Source of the DNA: Eledone cirrhosa
Taxonomy: Eukaryota
Direction: 5' to 3'
NCBI GenBank assembly: GCA_964016885.1
Contig: OZ024742.1
Coordinates: 38,998,001-39,062,000, forward strand
Length of the DNA: 64,000 nucleotides
This document shows positions 36,834 to 47,858 of this stretch, one piece after another. Position numbers and translations under genes: made by a program. The notes beneath the pieces are model-generated. The model worked only from the letters and a program-made list of their open reading frames with translations, ran no database searches and was not told the origin of the DNA. Position 1 is the first letter of the stretch, and every line of letters starts with the position of its first letter.

Positions 36834-38599
36834 TATAGACATAGAATATTCGAAAATATTCTGTATGTTTATAATAAACATTTTGAAGACCTAATCGCTA
36901 TAGAATAGAATACGTCACGTATTACAATTAGATTCTCGATAAAAGCAAGGGAAGTAATCTACGCGTTTCATTCTCGTTAGAAATCATCAGGACTACATAT
37001 CCAGTGCTTTTATCGAGAATGACACAGCTAGAGACTTATAGAATACTTAGCTGTGTACAGGAACTGGTTTGAAAGAGCGGTTGCCGGTCCGGCAGAAATT
37101 AGAAATTGGAATAAATGCTCTGAAATAGCGATATATATGTGAATATAGACATAGAATATTCGAAAATATTCTGTATGTTTATAATAAACATTTTGAAGAC
37201 CTAATCGCTATAGAATAGAATACGTCACGTATTACAATTAGATTCTCGATAAAAGCAAGGGAAGTAATCTACGCGTTTCATTCTCGTTAGAAATCATCAG
37301 GACTACATATCCAGTGCTTTTATCGAGAATGACACAGCTAGAGACTTATAGAATACTTAGCTGTGTACAGGAACTGGTTTGAAAGAGCGGTTGCCGGTCC
37401 GGCAGAAATTAGAAATTGGAATAAATGCTCTGAAATAGCGATATATATGTGAATATAGACATAGAATATTCGAAAATATTCTGTATGTTTATAATAAACA
37501 TTTTGAAGACCTAATCGCTATAGAATAGAATACGTCACGTATTACAATTAGATTCTCGATAAAAGCAAGGGAAGTAATCTACGCGTTTCATTCTCGTTAG
37601 AAATCATCAGGACTACATATCCAGTGCTTTTATCGAGAATGACACAGCTAGAGACTTATAGAATACTTAGCTGTGTACAGGAACTGGTTTGAAAGAGCGG
37701 TTGCCGGTCCGGCAGAAATTAGAAATTGGAATAAATGCTCTGAAATAGCGATATATATGTGAATATAGACATAGAATATTCGAAAATATTCTGTATGTTT
37801 ATAATAAACATTTTGAAGACCTAATCGCTATAGAATAGAATACGTCACGTATTACAATTAGATTCTCGATAAAAGCAAGGGAAGTAATCTACGCGTTTCA
37901 TTCTCGTTAGAAATCATCAGGACTACATATCCAGTGCTTTTATCGAGAATGACACAGCTAGAGACTTATAGAATACTTAGCTGTGTACAGGAACTGGTTT
38001 GAAAGAGCGGTTGCCGGTCCGGCAGAAATTAGAAATTGGAATAAATGCTCTGAAATAGCGATATATATGTGAATATAGACATAGAATATTCGAAAATATT
38101 CTGTATGTTTATAATAAACATTTTGAAGACCTAATCGCTATAGAATAGAATACGTCACGTATTACAATTAGATTCTCGATAAAAGCAAGGGAAGTAATCT
38201 ACGCGTTTCATTCTCGTTAGAAATCATCAGGACTACATATCCAGTGCTTTTATCGAGAATGACACAGCTAGAGACTTATAGAATACTTAGCTGTGTACAG
38301 GAACTGGTTTGAAAGAGCGGTTGCCGGTCCGGCAGAAATTAGAAATTGGAATAAATGCTCTGAAATAGCGATATATATGTGAATATAGACATAGAATATT
38401 CGAAAATATTCTGTATGTTTATAATAAACATTTTGAAGACCTAATCGCTATAGAATAGAATACGTCACGTATTACAATTAGATTCTCGATAAAAGCAAGG
38501 GAAGTAATCTACGCGTTTCATTCTCGTTAGAAATCACCAGGACTACATATCCAGTGCTTTGATCGAGAATGACACAGCTAGAGACTTATAGAATACTTA
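36829..38599 (-). repeat. 310-bp tandem array, left block (~5.7 units; ribozyme sense on minus)
   Basis: gaatatagac recurs at 36831, 37141, 37451, 37761, 38071 and 38381. Confidence 0.97.
36954..36996 (-). ncRNA. Type I hammerhead ribozyme (6 minus-strand copies at 36954+310n; the 38504 copy has a mutated core CUGGUGA)
   Basis: Reverse complement of the plus-strand motif. Confidence 0.8.
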
Positions 38600-41457
38600 C
38601 AGAATATTTTCGAATATTCTATGTCTATATTCACATATATATCGCTATTTCAGAGCATTTATTCCAATTTCTAATTTCTGCCGGACCGGCAACCGCTCTT
38701 TCAAACCAGTTCCTGTACACAGCTAAGTATTCTATAAGTCTCTAGCTGTGTCATTCTCGATAAAAGCACTGGATATGTAGTCCTGATGATTTCTAACGAG
38801 AATGAAACGCGTAGATTACTTCTCTTGCTTTTATCGAGAATCTAATTGTAATACGTGACGTATTCTATTCTATAGCGATTAGGTCTTCAAAATGTTTATT
38901 ATAAACATACAGAATATTTTCGAATATTCTATGTCTATATTCACATATATATCGCTATTTCAGAGCATTTATTCCAATTTCTAATTTCTGCCGGACCGGC
39001 AACCGCTCTTTCAAACCAGTTCCTGTACACAGCTAAGTATTCTATAAGTCTCTAGCTGTGTCATTCTCGATAAAAGCACTGGATATGTAGTCCTGATGAT
39101 TTCTAACGAGAATGAAACGCGTAGATTACTTCCCTTGCTTTTATCGAGAATCTAATTGTAATACGTGACGTATTCTATTCTATAGCGATTAGGTCTTCAA
39201 AATGTTTATTATAAACATACAGAATATTTTCGAATATTCTATGTCTATATTCACATATATATCGCTATTTCAGAGCATTTATTCCAATTTCTAATTTCTG
39301 CCGGACCGGCAACCGCTCTTTCAAACCAGTTCCTGTACACAGCTAAGTATTCTATAAGTCTCTAGCTGTGTCATTCTCGATAAAAGCACTGGATATGTAG
39401 TCCTGATGATTTCTAACGAGAATGAAACGCGTAGATTACTTCCCTTGCTTTTATCGAGAATCTAATTGTAATACGTGACGTATTCTATTCTATAGCGATT
39501 AGGTCTTCAAAATGTTTATTATAAACATACAGAATATTTTCGAATATTCTATGTCTATATTCACATATATATCGCTATTTCAGAGCATTTATTCCAATTT
39601 CTAATTTCTGCCGGACCGGCAACCGCTCTTTCAAACCAGTTCCTGTACACAGCTAAGTATTCTATAAGTCTCTAGCTGTGTCATTCTCGATAAAAGCACT
39701 GGATATGTAGTCCTGATGATTTCTAACGAGAATGAAACGCGTAGATTACTTCCCTTGCTTTTATCGAGAATCTAATTGTAATACGTGACGTATTCTATTC
39801 TATAGCGATTAGGTCTTCAAAATGTTTATTATAAACATACAGAATATTTTCGAATATTCTATGTCTATATTCACATATATATCGCTATTTCAGAGCATTT
39901 ATTCCAATTTCTAATTTCTGCCGGACCGGCAACCGCTCTTTCAAACCAGTTCCTGTACACAGCTAAGTATTCTATAAGTCTCTAGCTGTGTCATTCTCGA
40001 TAAAAGCACTGGATATGTAGTCCTGATGATTTCTAACGAGAATGAAACGCGTAGATTACTTCCCTTGCTTTTATCGAGAATCTAATTGTAATACGTGACG
40101 TATTCTATTCTATAGCGATTAGGTCTTCAAAATGTTTATTATAAACATACAGAATATTTTCGAATATTCTATGTCTATATTCACATATATATCGCTATTT
40201 CAGAGCATTTATTCCAATTTCTAATTTCTGCCGGACCGGCAACCGCTCTTTCAAACCAGTTCCTGTACACAGCTAAGTATTCTATAAGTCTCTAGCTGTG
40301 TCATTCTCGATAAAAGCACTGGATATGTAGTCCTGATGATTTCTAACGAGAATGAAACGCGTAGATTACTTCCCTTGCTTTTATCGAGAATCTAATTGTA
40401 ATACGTGACGTATTCTATTCTATAGCGATTAGGTCTTCAAAATGTTTATTATAAACATACAGAATATTTTCGAATATTCTATGTCTATATTCACATATAT
40501 ATCGCTATTTCAGAGCATTTATTCCAATTTCTAATTTCTGCCGGACCGGCAACCGCTCTTTCAAACCAGTTCCTGTACACAGCTAAGTATTCTATAAGTC
40601 TCTAGCTGTGTCATTCTCGATAAAAGCACTGGATATGTAGTCCTGATGATTTCTAACGAGAATGAAACGCGTAGATTACTTCCCTTGCTTTTATCGAGAA
40701 TCTAATTGTAATACGTGACGTATTCTATTCTATAGCGATTAGGTCTTCAAAATGTTTATTATAAACATACAGAATATTTTCGAATATTCTATGTCTATAT
40801 TCACATATATATCGCTATTTCAGAGCATTTATTCCAATTTCTAATTTCTGCCGGACCGGCAACCGCTCTTTCAAACCAGTTCCTGTACACAGCTAAGTAT
40901 TCTATAAGTCTCTAGCTGTGTCATTCTCGATAAAAGCACTGGATATGTAGTCCTGATGATTTCTAACGAGAATGAAACGCGTAGATTACTTCCCTTGCTT
41001 TTATCGAGAATCTAATTGTAATACGTGACGTATTCTATTCTATAGCGATTAGGTCTTCAAAATGTTTATTATAAACATACAGAATATTTTCGAATATTCT
41101 ATGTCTATATTCACATATATATCGCTATTTCAGAGCATTTATTCCAATTTCTAATTTCTGCCGGACCGGCAACCGCTCTTTCAAACCAGTTCCTGTACAC
41201 AGCTAAGTATTCTATAAGTCTCTAGCTGTGTCATTCTCGATAAAAGCACTGGATATGTAGTCCTGATGATTTCTAACGAGAATGAAACGCGTAGATTACT
41301 TCCCTTGCTTTTATCGAGAATCTAATTGTAATACGTGACGTATTCTATTCTATAGCGATTAGGTCTTCAAAATGTTTATTATAAACATACAGAATATTTT
41401 CGAATATTCTATGTCTATATTCACATATATATCGCTATTTCAGAGCATTTATTCCAA

Positions 41458-41465
<8 letters not shown>
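38598..41465 (+). repeat. 310-bp tandem array, right block (~9.25 units; ribozyme sense on plus)
   Basis: agaatatttt recurs every 310 bp from 38601 to 41391; reverse complement of the left-block unit. Confidence 0.97.
38777..38819 (+). ncRNA. Type I hammerhead ribozyme (9 plus-strand copies at 38777+310n, last at 41257)
   Basis: GUAGUC-CUGAUGA-U-UUCU(AACG)AGAA-U-GAAA-CGCG-UA-GAUUAC; outer 16-bp stem 38753-38768/38826-38841; predicted cut after A38813. Confidence 0.8.
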
Positions 41466-41520
<55 letters not shown>

Positions 41521-41523
<3 letters not shown>

Positions 41524-41573
41524 TTTACCTGTTTCAGCCATTCGGCTGAGGCCATGCTGGGGAACCGCCCTTG
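41521..41573 (-). mobile_element. SINE 3' tail fragment
   Basis: ttttacctgtttcagccattcggctgaggccatgctgggg resembles a SINE tail recalled from octopus genomes; not searched. Confidence 0.45.
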
Positions 41574-41694
41574 ACATATATATATATATATATATAGAGG
41601 AACGAGTAGGACCCCGACGGCTGAGCTCAAGCACATATGTATGTATGAACAAGAAAGATGAACAGACCTTCTTCAGCACTTATTTTTTGCTTTT

Positions 41695-41905
41695 CACCTG
41701 GGAGCGAAAGGTCCCCAGTTGTTGACACAACATCTTTCTAGGAGAGGGAAACTCTCAAAATAAAACCTGCGGCTTCGGAAGCATCGGATGATGTTGCTCA
41801 GTTCTCCTTTTCGGGTAGTGTTTTCGATGCTCAGAGAGTGTGATTGGTCGAGTGCAAGGCCTTTCCCCCATTAAAAAAAACCTTCAAAGCACAGACATTG
41901 CTTGT
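41695..41905 (+). mobile_element. Diverged RTE 5'-UTR-like fragment
   Basis: ttctaggagagggaaactctcaaaataaaacctgc...gatgatgttg...gctcagagagtgtgattgg is homologous to the reverse complement of 55605-55885. Confidence 0.65.
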
Positions 41906-42009
41906 TCAGGATATGTTACAGGTTCGTGTGTCTAGCTGTAGCCAAAACGTGCACCAAACTCTATAATCTGACAAGCGATTGCAATACTATTAGCAGAGTT
42001 TGCAGCCAT

Positions 42010-42080
<71 letters not shown>

Positions 42081-42089
42081 ACACACACA

Positions 42090-42135
<46 letters not shown>

Positions 42136-42399
42136 CAACTTCACCAACCCCTAAGATACTCTTCTCACTAAATCACCAAACAGTGACATATTTATGTCTT
42201 ATTCTCGACCTAATTTCGTCTGCACATTTCTTTGTATATACCAAGTCTATATTAACAGCCAGACCGAAAATCAAGGAACGGTTTAAAGATTATAAGAATG
42301 TTAGATACTCAATCGCTAGAGTTACAGATGCTACCTACACGTTATAAAACCCTTTAGCATTAATGAATAACGACCACTAGAAAAGCAATTTTCATTATT

Positions 42400-42461
<62 letters not shown>

Positions 42462-42578
42462 CAAGTAAGTATGTTTTGAAACAGTGAGCAGGTTTGAAAT
42501 TAGAAAATAGAATAGCTTTCACCGTATTTTTGACTAAAGAAATTTTAGTCTGATAATGGGGTTTAGAACCCTCAGATA

Positions 42579-42634
42579 AATGGAAAAAGATGAGTATTGA
42601 CGTACATGTACGTCAATACTCATCTTTTTCCATT
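42579..42634. repeat. 56-bp perfect spacerless palindrome
   Basis: aatggaaaaagatgagtattgacgtaca|tgtacgtcaatactcatctttttccatt. Confidence 0.97.
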
Positions 42635-42645
42635 AACTAATTCTA

Positions 42646-42923
42646 TCGTGCAATGCCAGCGCGTGAAGATATTTTTTAAAGTGAGGAAAGGCTGTGCACT
42701 GAGCCAATCCCACTCTCTGAGCGACAGTAGCTATAACATGAAAAGAAGAAAAGATCAACATCATCGGTAACTACTGAGCCGCAGGTTTTATACAGGAGTT
42801 ATCCCAGTTTCCTGAGTTGTCGTCTCCTAGAAGAATGCCCTGACAAAGGCTAGGGGTCCTTCACTCCCAGTGGTTTAACTGCGCGATCGGGTGTCCAGCC
42901 TGACTATTTCTATGTCCTCGCGC
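42646..42923 (-). mobile_element. RTE 5'-UTR-like segment (solo)
   Basis: Colinear with and highly similar to 55605-55885. Confidence 0.8.
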
Positions 42924-42960
42924 ATATACATACACATGCATATATATATATATATATATA

Positions 42961-43273
42961 TTGTTATACTTTGGGAGGGTCATGTTGCCAATAAGAAACA
43001 CACGCACCAGTTGCTTTCACTTCAATTTATTATAATAAATTTATAATAAATTTATAAATTTATAAATTTCTGGTTGGTTGGTTGGTTCCACAACCAGATA
43101 GTTGTTTATATATTGTCATAGTTCTTTCGTCACACACTCTGTGACCTCTTCAGTGACTGGGGATTCCTTTCTTTGTTTCTGTGCCTCTCCTTTGTTCTGT
43201 CCTACGCCATTTTGTTTCTGTGTTTTGTTTCTGTGTTTTTTATTGGCAACATCACCCTCCCAAAGTATACCAA
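42961..43273 (-). mobile_element. (AT)n-embedded element with ~41-bp terminal inverted repeats enclosing a hammerhead
   Basis: 42961-43001 versus 43233-43273 inverted, 3 mismatches. Confidence 0.75.
43115..43157 (-). ncRNA. Minimal type I hammerhead motif
   Basis: GUCA-CUGAAGA-G-GUCACA(GAGUG)UGUGAC-GAAA-GAAC-UA-UGAC. Confidence 0.65.
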
Positions 43274-43328
43274 TATCGGTTTCAACACACGATTTCAGAT
43301 AAAGAATCTTGCTAAACAAATTCAGAAA

Positions 43329-43394
<66 letters not shown>

Positions 43395-43440
43395 ATATAC
43401 ATATACATACATATGTACATGTGTATATACATCTTTACAC

Positions 43441-43605
43441 ATTTTTGGGTGGCCATTGACTCTTATGAGTTCTTCCGCCTTTTGTTTTTATCCTGCAGGG
43501 TGTCCAAAACCCCCTCCTCACCAAGTAAACTTTATCGCCGACGACCTAACAATGCGACAGGTTGTACTGGGTTACATGTTACCAGTACCACTCGAGAGTG
43601 ACCCG

Positions 43606-43606
<1 letters not shown>
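43441..43606 (-). mobile_element. Diverged 5' part of the ~605-bp RTE derivative
   Basis: ggccattgactctta...gacaggttgtactgggttacatgttaccagta matches ~58220-58410. Confidence 0.75.
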
Positions 43607-43636
<30 letters not shown>

Positions 43637-43754
43637 GTATCGGGTTTGATACTAAGGTGGAAATTCCTTTGGCTAGGTTATATATATATATATATATATA
43701 TAAATACGCACACATACATACATACATACATACATACATACATACATACATACA

Positions 43755-43786
<32 letters not shown>

Positions 43787-43954
43787 ACCCAGACTGCTAC
43801 CGGAATTTGGGCTTGTTATTGTTCTTCTTGTCCGAGGATACACAGGTGAATAGACATAAATAGGTAACTATAGATTGACAGTCAGGCAGCCTGGCAGAAT
43901 GATAGAGAGACATGTTGGTAAGTAGAAAGACAGAGAAGCAGATATGTAGCTAGG

Positions 43955-43988
<34 letters not shown>

Positions 43989-43989
43989 C

Positions 43990-44170
43990 ATTTCTTTATT
44001 AGCCACAAGGGCACAACAGAAGGGGACAAATACAAATGGGGAGTTTACATACAGGTATATGAAAATAAAACTATTAATAAAATAACAAATAACAATTGAA
44101 ATCCACAATAGGGGGGAGGCGTTACACAGTGGTTGTACACACTCCGAAAAAATGTACAACCCTCATCTCA
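43990..44170 (-). mobile_element. 3'-UTR-only copy of an L1/Tx1-like element ending in (TATC)n
   Basis: tttctttattagccacaaggg matches the 3' end at 396-416 and parallels 44179-44340; (GATA)n at 43955-43988. Confidence 0.7.
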
Positions 44171-44393
44171 TAGATATATTTCTTTATTTACCATAAAGGC
44201 ATAAAAAGAAGGGACAAATACAAAGGGGGAGTTTACATAAAATCGAGTAAAACGGGTATAAAATGAAAATAATCTAAAACAACCTCAAAAGGGAGGGGAC
44301 GTGATGGGGGTTGCACACGCCCCCGAAAAAGTGTGCAATCCTTTGCCCGGGGAGCACATGGAGAAGGTGCTCCCCTCTCCTTCACTTCTTTAC

Positions 44394-47300
44394 CTACAGG
44401 ATGGTATACAGAGAAGGCCCATTTACACGAGCCATTCTCGCCACTATCACCCACCTTTCATAAAACTGCCTGTGGCCAAGCACCTCTCTCTCCATTCTTA
44501 TCCTTCTTCCGAAGTGATATCGGAAGAAGTAGACCAGACTATGGCCAGAGAGGAAGTTGCCTGACCTCAGACCTTTCAATCGTGTCCACCAAACAACCTC
44601 TTTCAACATGGCTATTACGCACAGAAAAACCGCCCTTGCTTCCTTTGTAAAGAGGGGAGGCGGCTTGATTGTCATCACGGACTCGGCGGTCAATCGAATC
44701 GGCGCCACCCGCGACAGCAGTCGTTCGGCGTAGCCCCACAGATCAGCCACGCCCGGACATTGCACCAATGCGTGCGCAACGGTTTCTTCGTGATGCACGC
44801 ACCTAGGGCAAATCTTTTTCGAGGGATCCCTGCCCGGGCGCCCGTGTCTGTAGAGCCTCTCTCGAACGGGTAGAGCGCCCCGGTAGCACTGCCAGGCTAG
44901 TGACTTCTGGAAGTTGTCCATTGGTCCCGGGCCGAAAGTCCTACCGAACAGGCTGGCCAGTTCGTCCTCTTCCATGTCCAGCGACTCTCCAAGGGTGTCA
45001 TCGCCCCTGCTAGCCACCAGCCCTCTATAGAATGATGAGGTGGATTCTCCACCGATGGCCTGGCCCGCTTGCCAGAGAGCCCTGAGCGCATGGGCACACT
45101 CAGTGTGCCAGTCTCCCAGTTTTCCGGATCTTTGCTTGACCCAGGACTGCAGCTCGGTGAGCGAGACGAGTCTCGGAAAGGCTCGTTTCACGAACGGAGC
45201 CCACTCCGGTTGACCAGTGAGGCATACCTGTAGGTGCCGTAGCCTTAATGCGTGCTTACGCATCATCAACCACGGCATCCCCAGCCCTCCTTTCGAAGGT
45301 TGTTGGCAGCAGATGGATCTTCTCACCATAGGAGGGCGCTTCTTCCAAAGAAATTGGAAGAGCATGCGTTCCATGGTGGTAAGTGTTTCCTTAGGGCAAG
45401 GCACGACAGTCAGGCGGTAGTAAGTGACGGACGCTATGTAAATGTTCGCCACCTCCGCCCGACCTTTTAGGGACAGCTTACACTTGGCCCATTTCTGGGT
45501 TAGTGCAAACACCTTGTTCGTAACCTCGTCCCAGTTTTTTTCCACCTGGAGGTCTGGTCCAAACCAGACCCCAAGCAACTTCACCGGGCCCTCCGTCCAG
45601 TGTCCGACGACACCGTCGGGGGGCATCGGTCTGCCTCTCCACGTTCCGAGTTGCAGCCCGATGGATTTTTCCCGGTTCAGTTTCGCTCCTGACAACCTTT
45701 CGTAATCCTCCAGTAAGGTACCGATCGCCTCGATCTCCGAGTCGGTCGATACCATTACTGTTACGTCATCGGCGTAGGCTGACACCGCTTTGCTCAATCC
45801 TGGTTCCAGGGGGATACCCTGCAACAACTCCAACTTCCTCAGTAAAGGCTCGAGAGTCAATACGTACAGAAGGGAGGAGAGAGGGCACCCCTGTCGAATG
45901 GATCGTGTGATTTCGAACGGCTTCGAAAGGTAGCCGTTCACCTTGATCCTAGAACAGATGTGGTTGCTATGTAAGGCAGTGATCAAGCCTCTGAAAACAG
46001 GACCGAACCCAGCCGCTGCTAGCACCGCATCCAGCTAACCATGGTCGACCCTATCGAAGGCCTTAGACTGATCCAAGTTGATCAGGGCCCCACCGAAGCC
46101 GGGTTTGTTGCCAACACTCTCTATGATGTATCGCATGAGGTGGAGGTTATCGTGAATGGACCTGGATGGGATAGCACATGTCTGCGTATCTCCCACCAAG
46201 CCACCTACGACAAGCGCCAACCTCTTTGCTAACACCTTGGCCAAAATCTTTAACTCTGTGTTTAGCAGGGTTATGGGCCGAAAATTATTTATACTATCCC
46301 CCTTGTTCTCGTCCTTCCTCACCAGCGAGACTACGCCCTTGGCTACAGAACAAGGAATCCTCCCGTTCTGCTGCCAATTGCAGTAGACCGCTTCGAGGAG
46401 TTCGGAGAAGACCGGCATTGCTAAATAAAGTCGTAAGGTATACCATCGAGACCTGGAGATTTGCGTCTGCTGCATTGGCTCAGCGCATCCCCGATCTCAT
46501 CAGCCGAGATTGGCCCCTCGCAGGACTCTGCCTCTTCGCTCGAGAGACGCGGCAGGCCGTCGAGGTATGGACCGAAATCCACGTCCCCGCCCGGACCCTC
46601 GCCTCCCCCGAATAATCGGGCAAAGTGCCTTTGAAAGGCCTCGCACATCTGCTTAGGCTCCTGGATCACCCGTCCATCCTCGTCTTGCAAAGACCGGATG
46701 GTGGATCGATTTCCACTCTTAGCTTCTGTCACGCAGATCCAGCCAACGGCTTTGGCCCCCTCATTACCTAGAGCACGTATTTTACTTCGAATGACGCAGC
46801 CTTCGTGCTTTGCATCGAAAAACTGGTTCAAGGCCGTCCTCGATGCCAGCACTCTGGCCACATCTTCGCTCTTGATTGCCTCTTCTAATTTACCTGTTAA
46901 TTCTGTCTCGTTTCTATTCCTATCGGCAGCTAACATCTTGCTATAACTTATTGATTCTGTTCTAATCTCTCTTTTGAGAGATACCCACCATCGGTTGTTG
47001 ACGATTGCACCCGTCAACCTCTCCTTAACTAATCTGCTAATCCGGTTTCTGTAAGTCTCTTTTGCCGGTAAAGACAAATTAAGTTTCCAGTAACCGGGAC
47101 CATGTTTATGTGTTTTCTCGAGATTGACTACGCAGGTCATAATTTGTGATCCGTATAGCCAACCGTGAGCATTTCTGGACAGCTAAATATGTCCCTATCC
47201 TTACTTCTAACTAAGAATCTATCTAAGTACGATCTAGATTGACCACTGTGGTTCGTCCAAGTCCAGGTTGGCACAGTTGGAAAATCTAGTCGATATCTAT

Positions 47301-47825
47301 CGACCAAGTTAAAACGGTCGAGTAACCCCTTGAGGCTGTTACACCCCCTCTATTAGGACATGCTCCTGCATAGTCCCAACGTGCATCTAGGATGTCATTC
47401 CAATCCCCCGCTAGAAGCAGGGAACGCGACGTTCCCAGAAAAGTCTCCAAACGCTGGAAGAAGTCGGGCCGTTCAGCCCCGAAAGGGGAGTAGACGGCGA
47501 CCAGTCTCAAGGCCGCACCTTCACTACTGCCAACGTCTAGCACCAACAAACGACCCTCCGGGTCCGAGTGAACAACCTGTACGGCGAGACCCAGGTGTTT
47601 TTCCAGCAGTACAACAACCCCACCCCCACCTCCAGGTTGACAGAGAGATGCATGCACCTCCAAGTCATCGAAGGTAGGGGCCAGCTGCCGCACGACGCTG
47701 ATCCGAATCTCACAGATAACCATTACATTTATACCACGTGACATGAGGTCATTTAGAAGCTTTGCTTGCTTCCAAGTTGAGCCCAGGCCACGTGCATTCA
47801 AACATCCTACTCTTAACACATCCAT
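44394..47825 (-). pseudogene. ORF2 (APE + RT + CCHC), frameshifted
   Basis: 47286-47825 (GCLNARGL), 46421-47140 (GPGYWKLN), 46035-46475 (DQSKAFDRVDH), 44394-46025 (RQGCPLS, AYADD, CPRC...HALVQC). Confidence 0.9.
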
Positions 47826-47858
47826 GTGGGCGGCAAAGCCAAAGGAGAGTGTAGAGAC

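Noticed and set aside
41650-41680. Isolated CUGAAGA on the minus strand
   Set aside because: No downstream stem II or GAAA.
42500-42580. Minus-strand ctgaggg...gaaa hammerhead candidate
   Set aside because: Core and stem I do not fit.
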